Shown here: piece after piece, positions 41,768 through 54,733 of the stretch | Numbering within the stretch: the stretch's first letter is position 1 | Layout: the number at the start of each line of letters is the position of its first letter | From: Octopus sinensis | Lineage: Eukaryota | Length of the DNA stretch: 64,000 nucleotides | Assembly: GCF_006345805.1 (NCBI RefSeq) | Contig: NC_043009.1 | Location: forward strand, 24,676,001 to 24,740,000 | Reading direction: 5' to 3' | The notes under the pieces: model-generated | Seen by the model: only the letters and a program-made list of their open reading frames with translations | The model's database searches: none | What the model was told of the DNA's origin: nothing | Program-made: the position numbers and the translations under genes

Positions 41768-41885
41768 TAACTTTTTATTGTGGCCACACAGGGCTAAACA
41801 CAGAATAAAAATGGACGAAATACAATGTAGAGTTTTTTTCTTTTCGAGGTGGGATGGGTGAGACACAAAGAAAAAAAAAACCTTC
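41768..41885 (-). mobile_element. Isolated Tx1 3' UTR end
   Basis: TTTATTGTGGCCACACAGGGCTAAACACAGA...GTAGAG.TTTT..TTCGATCAATAGGGATC parallels 42180-42400. Confidence 0.7.
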
Positions 41886-42085
41886 GATCAATAGGGATCT
41901 GTGGGTTGTGTGGTGTATAAAAATATAATATATATATATATATAAATAAAGTTCACAGTTTAGGTGTAGCCTGGAAAGAAAAACCTACAAACTCAGACAG
42001 TTCGAAAATGAACACAGGATAAGTCGCCTTACCTCTCGTTGTCTCTTTTGGTTACAGATTTACCCATAAAATAGTGTCGTCTTTC

Positions 42086-42094
42086 ATAGATAGG

Positions 42095-42143
<49 letters not shown>

Positions 42144-42179
42144 GGATAGATATATAGATAGATAGATAGATAGAGATAG
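42086..42179. repeat. (GATA)n array at the 3' junction of the Tx1 element
   Basis: Direct reading. Confidence 0.95.
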
Positions 42180-44635
42180 TTTCTTTATTAGCCACACAGG
42201 GCTGCACACAGATAGAACAAATTACAAGGTAGAGCTTTTCTTTTGAAGGTATTAAGAAAAAAAAAAAAAAAAAAAGGGAAGGGGGTTTCGATCAAAAGGG
42301 ATCGTAAAAGGAGAGAACGAGGACAAAAAATGGGGGGTTAAAAAAAAGGGGGGGGGAGGAAAAAAAAATGATCAATAGGGATCGTTATCACAAATGTCAA
42401 TATGAAGTGTAAAGGGGAGGACAGGTGAGGTTTCCCGTGGAAAGAAAAGCTGCGAAAAGACCACGGTAACCTCGTCAATGAAGTCACATTTTATATTTCT
42501 TTTTTTTTTTTTTTTTTTGCAAATAAGCAACTCTCTGTTTTCGATTTCTGGTTCATAGGACTATGCTCAAGGTGCTTCGTCATTCATACGTGCCATTCTT
42601 GCTACATTCACCATCTTTTTTTAAAACATTCGCTAGACAAAACTTGCCTCTCTACTCTCACTTTCCTTTTCAAGTGGTACTTGAAGAATTGATGAGAGAT
42701 TGACCAGAGAGAAAGTGTTTGTCTCCAATCCTTTCAGACGCGTCCACCAGATACATTCTTTCGCCATAGCCACAAGGATGATGAAAATAGCTCTTCCTTC
42801 CCGTTTGAAGGAAGGAGGCGTGACAATATGACGATAGACTCAGCTGATAAACCGACTCGTCCCACACGTGACAGCAGTTGTTCGACATAAGCCCACAGGT
42901 CGGAAATTGTTGGACACTGAACGAGTGCGTGCAGAACGGTTCGTCGTCGCTCTGACCGCATCTCGGCAGGTCGGCCCCGTGTTTCTCGAGCCGTGTCTGT
43001 AGAGCTTATCCCGAACGGGTACGCTTCTCGGTAGCACTGCCAGGCCAGGGATCTCTGGAAGTTGTCCATGGGCCCTGGCCCGAAAGTCGTCCCGACAGGC
43101 GGGTCAGGTACTCTCCTCGTCGACGTCCAGGTTCGCCCCGAGCTCGTCGTCGTACCTCCCCTCCACTAAACCCCTATAGAATGCTTTGGTTGTGTTGAAG
43201 TCACTTAAGGTCGACCCAGGACGGCAGAGTTGCTTGAGAGCAACGCGACACTCGCGGTGCCATTCGCCCTTCCTCGGCCTCTTTTTGATCCACGACTGCA
43301 GTTCGGTCATGGAGACGAGCTGGCGGAAAGCGTGCCTCAAAACGGGACCACACACACTGTTCACCGTCGTCTACATAGAGCCAGAGATGTCGCAGTCTCA
43401 GCGCGTGTCTGCGCATCATCAACCACGGCATGCCCAGCCCTCCTTTTAACGGGTGTTGACAGCAAATGGATCGCCTGACCATCGGGACGCATCCTTTCCA
43501 CAAGAAGCGAAAGAGGATGCGTTGTAGTTTGGTGATGGTAGGGTCGGGACAAGGTACGACGGTCAGGCGGTAGTAGATGACGGACGCGATGTACGTGTTC
43601 GCCACCTCCGCTCGACCTTTTAGGGACAGTTTCCTCTCGGCCCATTGCCGGGCGAGAGTGACCACCCTACTCGTTATCTCGTTCCAGTTCTTCTCCACTT
43701 GGAGGTCCGGACCAAACCAGACCCCGAGCAACTCAACCGGGCCGTCGGTCCAGCGTCCCACGACGGAGGCGCTGGTGGACGGCATGGGCTGCTTCTCTCA
43801 GGTGCCTAGTCGCAAGCCCACTGACTTTCCCGGTTGATTTTCGCTCCTGTCACCGCTTCGTAGTTTTTCAGTGTCTCGCCGACCAGCTCGATGTGCTCGT
43901 GGCTAGACACTATGACGGTGACGTCGTCCGCGTATGCAGACACGCTCGTCCCGCATCCCAATTCTCGCGGGATGCCCCTTAGAGTCGCCAGCTTCCGCAG
44001 TAGTGGCTCAAGAGTCAATACGTATAGAAGCGCCGAGAGGGGGCATCCCTGACGGACCGAACGTGCAATGTCGAAAGGTCTCGATAGATGTCCATTTACG
44101 CGAATTACCGAACGGATGCCTCTGTACAAGGCAGCTATCCAGCCGCGGAAGACGGGACCGAAACCAGCCGCTCTCAGGACTGCCTCCAAGTATCGATGGT
44201 CTACCACCCTATCAAAGGCTTTTGATTGATCCAAGTTGATCAGGGCCCCACCCATGCCAGGTTCGTTAACTACTCTGTCTATGATGTGCGCATCAGATGG
44301 AGGTTGTCATGGATGGTCCGGCCTGGCACGGCGCATGTTTGCGCCTTGTCGACCAGTTTCTCGATGACAAGCGCCAACCTCTTGGCTAGCACCTTGGCCA
44401 AAATTTTTCAAGTCTGCATTAAGCAGAGTGATGGGCCTAAAGTTTCTATTACATTTCCTTGTTTAGATCTTTCTTCCAGCAGTGTTACGGCTCCTCGGCT
44501 CACAAAACCAGGAATGCTCCCGTTTTGCTGCCAGTTGCAGTACACCGCCGCCAGAGATCTCCAAACAAGTCTGGCATACAATTGTAAAGCTCGTAGGGTA
44601 GACCATCCAAACCGGTGATTTGTCCCTCGAGCATT
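42180..44635 (-). mobile_element. 5'-truncated Tx1/L1-clade non-LTR retrotransposon (RT, C-terminal Cys/His region, 3' UTR), multiply frameshifted
   Basis: GLDGLPYELY; frameshift-corrected FRPITLLNAD.K..AKVLAKRL; LDQSKAFDRV; VRQGCPLS; AYADDVT; LLGVWFG; LSLKGRAEVAN; GGLGMP; TVLHALVQCP. AATAAA-containing 3' end at ~42180-42192. Confidence 0.95.
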
Positions 44636-44683
44636 GATAGATAGATAGATAGATAGATAGATGGATAGATAGATGAATAGATG

Positions 44684-44715
<32 letters not shown>

Positions 44716-44733
44716 TACTATATAGATAGATAG

Positions 44734-44772
<39 letters not shown>
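44636..44772. repeat. (GATA)n array at the 5' junction of the Tx1 element
   Basis: Direct reading; same orientation as 42086-42179. Confidence 0.95.
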
Positions 44773-44833
44773 GCTGGCAAATTGACTATCAATTCAAAGA
44801 AAAACACAAACATGGCATCGTAGGCCAAAAACA

Positions 44834-44868
<35 letters not shown>

Positions 44869-45293
44869 TATATATATATATATATATAACCTTCGTCTTT
44901 TATAGTGGAAAGCTATCTTTAATTGCCAACCTTTTCACCTCGATTCTGAATGCTAGGAATATAAGGATTATGCAAAAAATCTAACATTGTTCCTCCGTAC
45001 GGTTGTCCACAATTTTGTGGAATTGGTTTAAAAATTCCTTACAGACAAAGGTACAATTATTTGTTTGTATTAACGCTATGTGTTTGTGTGTTTGTGTGTG
45101 TGTGTGTAAGTCTGTATGAATGTGTGTGTGTGTGTGTGTGTATTATAAAGGCATTAACTTTCCGTGAATTAGATGTTGGTACACATGAAGGGATACGTTT
45201 GCAGCACAGCGAAGACTACAGTAGGATTATGTGGCTCTCTTTCTCAGTTTCTCTATGTTTGTCTCTCTCTTCATCTCTCTTTCTCCTTTCACA

Positions 45294-45337
<44 letters not shown>

Positions 45338-46140
45338 ACACGAAGATATGTATGTACATACGTGTATGTTTATGTATATGTTAGAATGTTTACATATATA
45401 CTTACCACAATTACAACTTAGAAGACCTTTGCGTTACAAGAAACGTATCTGTTACAAAAGATGTCAAGACGCTTTAGCTCCACGCCTACATTCTCTCTCG
45501 GATTTTGCTGCTATTAACATTGGAATTCCTCACATAGATTATATAAGCATTACGGACATATCCCGGTTCTCTTGCATTGGCTGACGTAATCTACCGATTA
45601 GGCTTCATGTTTTGTGGGGGGTTTGTTGTTGTGGGTGTTATAATCTTGTTGATTTCGATAAAAAGACTGCTGAATGTTCTCGGATACAGCGTGCAATTCT
45701 GTGATTGGCTATGCATATTTCTCTGCTTCTAGTGCATCTCTTTTGGTAAGCAATCGTTGGTACCAGCATCGCTTCGTGGTTAAGATGCTCGCTTTGCATC
45801 TTCGTTTCGATTTTCCTTATACAATACCTTGGGCACGTGCCAGATTCTGTTGCTCCGAAACAATTAATGCCGTGTGAGTGAATTTGGTAGTTCCAATCTA
45901 TGGGAAAGCCTGTCGTACACAGACACACACATACACATGTATGTATATATACACACATATATACATTTATATATACATACATATATATGTATGTACATAC
46001 ATATAAAAATGTATACGTGCATGTATGTTCACATATCACCACAGGCTCTCCCGCCGTTAAACAGCGTGTGAGAGATCTAGAATTTGTGCGCGCACGCGTG
46101 TGTGCATGTGCGTGTGTGTGTGTGTGCATGTGTGTGTGTA

Positions 46141-46171
<31 letters not shown>

Positions 46172-46174
46172 TGT

Positions 46175-46410
46175 GTCAGTATTCAGTTTTATTCCAAGAT
46201 GTCTTGCCAACTGCGAAAAGCGCCAGTTTCTAACCCAGATCCAAAAGCTTCTACATCGGAATTTCAACTACCCGAATTTTTAAATCTGTATGTATGTATG
46301 TATGTATGTATGTATGTATGTATGTATGTATGTATGTCATTATTCAGTTTATTTCAAGATTTCTTTCAAATAGAGAAAGAACAAGTTTCTAACATAGATC
46401 CAATCTTCCT
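46175..46410 (+). mobile_element. Two tandem copies of module 'Y' separated by (TATG)n
   Basis: 46175-46285 and 46336-46410 align with each other and with the reverse complement of 15888-15995. Confidence 0.7.
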
Positions 46411-47070
46411 TGGCCTGGCGTGCTAACGATTCTGTCAGCTCGCCGTCTTAATAATAGTAATAATAACAATAATCTTTTCTACTAAAGACACAAGGCCTAT
46501 GATTTGAGGGGAGGGGACAAGTCGATTACATCGACCCCAAAGTTTTGCCGGATACTTATTTTATCAACCCCGAAGAAGGAAAGGGAATGTTGATGCCGAC
46601 GGAATTTGAATTCACAACATGAAGACGGACGAAATGCCGCGAAGCATTTTGTCCGTCATGTTAACGGTTCTGTCAGCACGCCACCCTAATAATGATGACC
46701 CTTTCTACTATAGGCGCAGGGCCTCAAATCTGGTGCGAGTGGACTAGTCCATTACATCAACCTCAGTGCTTCGCTGGTACCTAATTTATCGTCCCCGAAG
46801 GATAAATAACAAAGTCAACCTGGACGGAATTTGAACTCAGAATGTACGAACGAACGAAATACCGTTAAGTATTTCGTCGAGTGTGGTACCGATTCTGCCA
46901 GACCAGCGCCTTAATAATCCTTTTCTGTTATAAGTACACGGCCTGAAGTTTTGTGGGAGGGGACTAGTCGATTACATAGACCCCAGAATTTCACTGAATC
47001 CAAAAGGATGACAGGCATTGTCGATTACGGCAGAATTTGAACTAGGGACGTGAGGACGGGCGAAATAATA
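46411..47070 (-). mobile_element. Head-to-tail cluster of SINE family B (three near-complete copies plus one head fragment)
   Basis: GTCGATTACAT.GACCCC / GGAATTTGAA.TCA / GACGAAAT recur at ~220-bp spacing, separated by TAATAAT. Confidence 0.8.
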
Positions 47071-47326
47071 ATTACAGCTACAATAAGATTTCTTCCTACT
47101 ATAAATACTACTACTACTACCACTACTACTACTACTACTACTACTAATAATAATTAATAATAATAATAATAATAAAATATAATAATAATAATAATAATAC
47201 TAATAGTAGTACTACTACTGCTGCTGCTAACGACTACTTTTACTACTAGCCACCATTACCCACCACCACTACTGCTACTACTACCACCGCCACCACTACT
47301 ACTACTACCACTAACCACCACCACCA

Positions 47327-47426
47327 NNNNNNNNNNNNNNNNNNNNNNNNNNNNNNNNNNNNNNNNNNNNNNNNNNNNNNNNNNNNNNNNNNNNNNNNNN
47401 NNNNNNNNNNNNNNNNNNNNNNNNNN
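47327..47426. other. Assembly gap (100 N)
   Basis: Exactly 100 N, so probably a placeholder of unknown size. Confidence 0.99.
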
Positions 47427-47508
47427 TGTTGCTTCTTTCTCGTATATATATATATATATATATATATATGTGAATATCTCATGTTTATCTACCTATCTAT
47501 CTATCTAC

Positions 47509-47610
<102 letters not shown>

Positions 47611-48513
47611 ATCTATCTATGTATCTAGATAGATAGATAGATAGATAGATAGATATTTATATTATCTTCTAATTATGATATATATTCATTTATTCAAATG
47701 CGATTTAAGGGATTTTTTCATTCATAATATACAACATAATGCCTTGTATATACACGTGTGTGTGCTTATGTGCGCGCATGTCTGTGCGTGTGTATGTGAG
47801 TGTATATGCGTATGTGAATGTGTGCGTGTGTGTATACAGATATACAAACAGAAAATATATACTTACTTTTTCTATCACGGAACAGTGCAATATATATATT
47901 TATATATATATATATATGTATATATATGTGTGTGTGTGTGTACGTATGTATGTATGTATGTGTGTGTGGGAATGTGTGTATATATATTTATAAATATATA
48001 TCTGTATATATATATGTATGTATATATATATATATTATATATATTATATATACTATATATATATATATGTATATATATTATATATACTATATATATATGT
48101 ATATTATATATATATACATATAATATATATATATATAAACACAAATATATTATATGATCTAATATATATATATGGATGTATGCATACGCATACACATGAA
48201 CTTTATTATTCAGCATAACTTGGAAAACAATAACAAGCAACAACACCAACAGCATCAAGAAAAATGTAACTCTTCTGTGTAGAAAGTTAAAAATTGTCCA
48301 TGTTGTCATGCGTCTCTGGCTACCAATACTTTTCCTACACCACTCGTAGACATTGAAGATTAATGAGGTATACATTGATTCGAATGTATGAAAGAAGAGT
48401 GGAAAAGCTTTCTCTTTGAAAACACCAGTTGAGATTTCAAAAAGGAACGGAAATTACCAACCTTACAAATGTTTAAAGTAGTGCGTATCATAAAAATAAT
48501 AATAATAATAATC

Positions 48514-48550
<37 letters not shown>

Positions 48551-48577
48551 TTAATAATACTATTAATAATAATAATA

Positions 48578-48614
<37 letters not shown>

Positions 48615-48633
48615 TAATAATAATAATAATAAT

Positions 48634-48772
<139 letters not shown>

Positions 48773-49002
48773 TAATAATAACAACAACAACAACAACAAC
48801 AACAGCAATATGGTTATACTTTCGCAATCTGCTTTCTTCGATATTTCAACCAAGTCCGAATGAAATTCTTTGTTCAATCGTGTTTGAAAAGATCTTCTGC
48901 TCCGAAGATGTCACTAAGAATAGATGATTTGTATCCACAAGAATTACAACACTATGATCATTATCATTGTTGTTGTTGCTGCTGCTGTTGTTGCTGTTGT
49001 TG

Positions 49003-49069
<67 letters not shown>

Positions 49070-49188
49070 AATTATCATCCTCAACATCATCACTCCAATA
49101 CGTCAATTGATAACGTTCCCTCTCAAAAAATGTTATTCTGCTATTACTAAAATAAAGATGATAATGACTTTGATAACGGCGATGATTA

Positions 49189-49236
<48 letters not shown>

Positions 49237-49247
49237 CATTATCATTT

Positions 49248-49303
<56 letters not shown>

Positions 49304-49369
49304 ATATTGGTGGTGATATTAGTGGTGATATTAGTGGTGATGTTGATGGTAATGATAATGATGATGGTA

Positions 49370-49408
<39 letters not shown>

Positions 49409-49689
49409 GCTTTCAGAAGGTCGTTGGGCCAAAAAGAACCGATAATATTATTCAAGGTCTTTAGTTGCTGCTTTACTTTGCTGACTGCCTTGAAGAACTG
49501 AAACAAACGCTCGATTCGAACAGGACTTGAACTCGGAACATACATAGCTGCCATCGATTAAATACATCAAAACACTCTTTCTGATGGTCTAATATTCTAT
49601 TTTTGATGTTGCAACATGTTTGATGGATATTAAGACATTTCGAGAACAGATTCACACGATGATAATGAGACGTAATAAATATCGACTTT

Positions 49690-50010
49690 GCGATACCATA
49701 GACTGGCACTCCGTCGTTGACGACGACGCGGGTTCCAGTTGATCCAATCATCGGAACAGCTTGCTCGTGGATTTAAAGTGCATGTGGCTGAGCGCTCTAT
49801 AGATATGTGTACCCTTAACGTTGTTCTTAGGGAAAGTCAGGCGTGACAACGAATGGGGCAAAGTTGGCCCTCTGAAATATAGGTATTACTAATTTTTCTC
49901 AGATGATCGTCAGGAAGAATGTGAAATAAAGTGTCTTGCTCAAGGACACAAAGCCCTGCTCGAAATCGAACCCATGATCTTACGATCATTTACCACTAAG
50001 CCAGTTTCAC
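49690..50010 (-). mobile_element. SINE family C (tRNA head, CORE-like body)
   Basis: Minus strand TGGCTTAGTGGTAA (A box), GGGTTCGATTTCG (B box), GTGTCCTTGAGCAAGACACTTTA, ending AACTGGAACCCGCGTCGTCGTCAACGACGGAGTGCCAG. Confidence 0.75.
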
Positions 50011-50044
50011 ACGGCATCATAAACATCGAGGAAGAAAAGCATTA

Positions 50045-50450
50045 AGGCGAGGGAAGCTGGCTGAAACATTAGCACGCCGGGCGAAATGTTTAACGGCATT
50101 TCGTCTGCCGCTACTTTCTGAGTTCAAATTCCGACGAGATCGACTTTGCCTTTCATCCTTTCGGGGTCGATAAATTAAGTACCAGTTACGCAATGGGGTC
50201 GATATAATCGACTTAATCCGTTTGCCTGTCCTTGTTTGTCCTCTCTGTGTTTAGCCTCTTGTGGGTAGTAAAGAAATAGGTATTTCGTTTGTCTTTACGT
50301 CCTGAGTTCAAAATGCGCAGAGGTCGACTGTGTCTTTTTTCTTTCGGGGTCCATAAATTAAGTACAAGTTCCGTACTGGAGTCGATCCAATCGACTGGTC
50401 CCCTCCCCCAAAATTTCGAGTCTTGTGCCTAGATTAGAAAAGATTATAGG
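50045..50450 (+). mobile_element. Dimeric SINE family B: first monomer has a Tx1-like tail, second has the alternative tail
   Basis: A box ~50058-70, B box GAGTTCAAATTCC 50120-32; tail CTGTGTTTAGCCTCTTGTGGGTAGTAAAGAAA 50245-76; second headless monomer ends CTTGTGCCTAGATTAGAAAAGATTAT. Confidence 0.85.
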
Positions 50451-50554
50451 TAGCATTACCTTGATTACCAAGAGAAGATTATCTCCTCTCAGTTCTGTGC
50501 CTCGGGTCTGTAAATGCGTATGGCTTCGTACTTCTTTTAATGTATGTGTTTATC

Positions 50555-50760
50555 ACTGATACCCAACACCGCTTCACGAACAGTGTTGGTTTGCTTACGT
50601 CCCCGTAAGTTAGCAACTGGGCTATAGTGTCCGATAGAATATTTGGCAGGCTTAAAAAGCCATAATTAGTTGGATTGATTAGTTCGAGTAAAACTCTTGA
50701 AGGCGATACTCCAGCATAGCCGCAGTCTAATGACTGAAACATGTAAAAGATTAAAAAAAC
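50555..50760 (+). mobile_element. SINE family A, 3' module
   Basis: TACGTCCCCGTAAGTTAGC...CTCCAGCATAGCCGCAGTCTAATGACTGAAACATGTAAAAG. Confidence 0.7.
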
Positions 50761-50939
50761 GTACCTTTTTGGCTGACTTTAAGCATATTCCTTTTACCGA
50801 AGCAAACACCTCATACACCTTCTCGTTAAACTTCTATAGAAAGGGTCAACATTTATCCAGGACCATTGTGCGATTTACAGAGGATTGTGAGAAACTTACA
50901 GCATTTTACTTGCCAGGTGCTCCAGCCTGGTGAACGCAT

Positions 50940-51140
50940 AACATTTCAGCTTCCGAATTACTCAGTCAAATGTGATGCTTATTCATTCTCGTGGTTTTAA
51001 ATGAATCATGCACTATGTCATACCTTTAAAATTTCAACGATGTGATATTGAGTAGGTGTGAGAAACCGGATTTGACCGCTGTGATCGTAAATCAGGTAGA
51101 ATACTTTGACCGGATATGGTCAGGTTAAATGCTAAGGATT
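50940..51140. mobile_element. Possible decayed piggyBac-like MITE
   Basis: Degenerate TTAA-type ends (TAACATTTCAGC.../...GTTAAATGCTAAGGATTA); the terminal repeats are poorly preserved. Confidence 0.3.
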
Positions 51141-51589
51141 ACTTATTCTTCAAAGAAAGGATCTGCGTTTAAACGTGTCTGGCCAACGGTGGCTACCTCT
51201 ATTTAAATTCAAGGATTTTTGCAGCAGCCTCAGTACAAGGTTAAACGTGGCATACCTAGCTCTTTGCACAGACAGGAATTTGTTTTTTTTCCGTTTTCGA
51301 GAAAAGTAAAAGATGTACCAACATACTCTGATGTGTAATGGAGCAAAGCATGATGGTCAGGAAGTAGCGAGTTATGTACGCAATACATACATTCGTCCTT
51401 TCTGTCCAACCTTTCTGGCTAGAGCCATTGCTCGACATTTCTGTGAGTCAGGCTTTGACTCACAGACAACGTTCTAGATCTGCTCTAAGTGGAACTTTTA
51501 AATCTCAACGGAATACGAAAGGACGAAAGGCAAACCTCACTTAGATGTAGGAGGAGGAAGAGGAGAGGGAGGAAGAAGTAGAAGATTTG

Positions 51590-51599
51590 TTGAAGGGAA

Positions 51600-51636
<37 letters not shown>

Positions 51637-51836
51637 GGTGGTGGTGGTGGTGGTGGTGGTGGTGGTGGTGGTGGTGGTGGTGGTTTTGGTGGTGATGGTG
51701 GTAGTGGTAGTGGTAGTGGTAGTGGTAGTAGTAGTAGTAGTAGTTAGTAGTAGTAGTAGTGGTGGTGGGGTGGTGGTGGTGGGTGGGGGTGGTGGTGGTG
51801 GTTTTTTGGTGGGTGATGGTGGTGGTAGTGGTAGTG

Positions 51837-51880
<44 letters not shown>

Positions 51881-51955
51881 GGTGGTGGTGGTGGTGATGG
51901 TGGTGTGGTGGTGGTGGTGGTAGTAGTAGTGCTGGTGGTGGTAGTAGTAGTAGTG

Positions 51956-51998
<43 letters not shown>

Positions 51999-52095
51999 CG
52001 GCGGTGGCGGCGGTGGTAGTGGTGGTAGGAGGAGGAGAAGAAGAAGAAGAAGAAGAAGAAGAAGAAGAAGAAGAAGAAGAAGAAGAAGAAAAAGA
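51590..52095. repeat. Compound (GTA)n/(GGT)n/(GAA)n microsatellite
   Basis: Direct reading; source of the poly-V/G/E ORF 51587-52126. Confidence 0.95.
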
Positions 52096-52799
52096 AGTTA
52101 ATATTGATAAATGGAAAGAGAAGTAGAATGCAGACTTAAGTGTACAAGACGATTGTTGTGGGTAAGTGAGATTCTCTTAAACCTTAAATAAAACTACAAC
52201 AAATTTAAACTATTATTTATACATACTTGACTCTTACGTGTGTGTTATGCTTGCGCTTGTGTAAATATGTGTGTGGGAGAGAGCAAACCTATATGAGTGT
52301 GTATATGTGTGTATGTGTTAATACGTTTGTCGTTGTGTTAGCAGACGTGCATTTTTGTGATGTGTGTATATTGTATATGAACAATACTTTTGTTTGTTTT
52401 GATTTCTCAAATTAACCTATTTCGTCTCTTTTATATTGTCTTATATATAGTTATCAATGGACGCCCATGTATTTATTTCTTTCACGTTTCCTAATTCATT
52501 TAGCCGTATTTCTTTTATAACAGCAACGATAAAAATGGTAAATCTCAGCCACATTCTTGAACAGTGATAAGAAATGTTAGGGGGCGTCGTCTGGGGAAAA
52601 AGGGGCGGCAGAACAGCAAAAATTCTTTGAACCCAAATAAAATTCTTTATGGTAAATTTTATTTAACCCTTTAAAAACAAAGCTGCTGGGAACCAGTTCT
52701 GGTTTTATAGTATGGAATTTTTGTTTTAAAAGGATCTAAATTAAACTCATCCAATGAAATTCCATGTTACTTTATGTTCCAAGCACCATCTTAAGAAAC

Positions 52800-53690
52800 C
52801 TTTTTATTATAGTCGCAAGGCTTGAAATATTGGCGCACGAGGCCTAGTCACGAACATCAATTTTAGCATTCAAATAGTACTTATTTATCGACCTCGAAAG
52901 GATGAAACGCAAACTCGAGTTCGCGACGATTTGAACTTAGAAATAAAGATGGACGGAATGCCTTTAAGCACTCTGTCTGGCATTATAACGTTTCTGTCAG
53001 ATACAGCCTTTAAACACTACTGTAAATAAAGGTTTCAAATTTGGCATAAGACTAATAATTTTGGTGGCGGTGTTACTCGATAACATTGACCATAGTGGTT
53101 AACTGGTACTTTATTGACATCAAAGTCAACTTCGGCTGAATTTGAACTCAGAACATAAAGATGGGAGAAATACCGCTAAGCATTTTGTCTGAGACGTTAA
53201 CGCTCTACCAGCGCGCCACATTTAAACACTATTTTAAACACTATTTTAATAATTTCAAATTTTAGCACAACGCCAGCAATTTCGAGGAAGCGGGTAAGTC
53301 TATTAAATTGACTCCAGTGTTTAACTGGTACGTAATTCATCAGTCCGAAACGGTGAACGGCAGAGTCGATCCCGGCGGTATTTGGACTCCGAATGTGAAG
53401 TCGAAAGAAATACCGTTAAACATTTTCCCCGGCGCTGTAACGATTCTGCCACCTAACTGCCTTACACTATTTTAATAATCTTTTCTAGTATACGCACAAG
53501 GCTTGACATTTTTGGAGTAGGGTTTAAGTCGATCACATCGACCCCAGCACTTCAATGGTACTTCATTCATCGACACCCCCAAAGGATGAAAGGCGAAGAC
53601 GATCTCGATAGAATTTGAACTCAGAACGTAAAGACGGACGAAATACCGATAAGCAATTTTCCCAGGTGCTAACGATTCTGTTTGCTCTAA
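52800..53690 (-). mobile_element. Head-to-tail array of four diverged SINE family B copies
   Basis: Copies at ~52800-53008, 53030-53220, 53252-53463 and 53478-53685; the spacers share ACACTATTTTAATA-like sequence. Confidence 0.8.
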
Positions 53691-53692
53691 AG

Positions 53693-53933
53693 CAGTGGTT
53701 CCCAAACTTTTTCGGGCTACTGCTCCATTGACACCAAGGCCACATTCCTAGTGCTCCCACTCCAACTAACCATCATAAACATAGATCTCTTTTGTTATTT
53801 TTACATGAATGCAACCCCATTAATTTTCCCAGTTTTTACATGAATCGTTATCCCATTATCCCCCCACTTCAAAGCCCCTTTGAATTTCCCACCGCCCTCA
53901 ACGGGGCAACACCGCCCACTTTGGGATCGTTAG
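53693..53933. mobile_element. hAT (Charlie-like) MITE with a decayed 3' terminal repeat
   Basis: 5' CAGTGGTTCCCAAACTTTTT preceded by CTCTAAAG (8-bp Charlie-type target); 3' CCCACTTTGGGATCGTTAG matches about 10 of 16 positions. Confidence 0.6.
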
Positions 53934-54291
53934 GAAGGAGACACACAAAAAAGAAACAGAAAAGCAAAGGACCACTGATGTGATCACAGAAGTGTGACGA
54001 AAGTACTCTGGTCGAAATACAATTAATATGAAATAAAGCTGAAGCAAGTGAACACCAAATATATAGTGCGTGTGTTTTCATTGGCTAAACTGGCAACATG
54101 ACCATCTCCAAATACAAAAATATCTATTCCAACACACGAATTCACCTCAAGAATCTTGCAAAACGAATATATAAACGTGGCTGTGTGGCAGGCGCATGAG
54201 TGGCTGTGTGTATATACATATAATTACATGTATGCATGTAATTGTAGGTCTAGCCATGAATTCTCTAGGCCTGTCTTTCTTTCGATATATA

Positions 54292-54390
54292 TAGGAGTAT
54301 CTGTGTGGTAAGAAGTTTGCTTTCCAACCACATGGTTCCGAGTTTAGTCCCATTGCGTGGCCCTTTGGGCAAGTGTCTTCTATTATAGCC
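54292..54390 (+). mobile_element. SINE family A head/body
   Basis: CTGTGTGGTAAGAAGTTTGCTTTCCAACCACATGGTTCCGAGTTTAGTCCCATTGCG..TTGGGCAAGTGTCTTCTATTATAGCC. Confidence 0.75.
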
Positions 54391-54677
54391 TGATGAAGGG
54401 ATTGCTCTTTAAGTTGCCTCTCTTATTCCTCTATTTTTTTCTTCCGTTCTTCGAAAAAAAGGTCGTTTTCCATGTTTGTGTTTTTTATGTTCGCGATTCT
54501 CATTATGTTAACGTTTTTTTTTTACGTTCTGTACACATATATTCATGTATATATACATATATATGTAGGCATGTACACGTATGTATGTACATGTGAATAT
54601 AATATATATATATACGTGTGTGTGTGTGTGTGCGTGTGTGTGGGTGCATATATTTATATTTATATATATATTATGTA

Positions 54678-54733
<56 letters not shown>

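Noticed and set aside
43186-44618. Plus-strand ORFs overlapping the Tx1 element as separate genes
   Set aside because: They are antisense shadows of the GC-rich ORF2.
47246-47482. ORF and any adjacency across the N run
   Set aside because: It spans an assembly gap of unknown true size.
54390-54420. CTGATGA directly after a SINE A head as a second head-plus-hammerhead composite
   Set aside because: No stem II or GAAA follows, so it cannot be counted as support.
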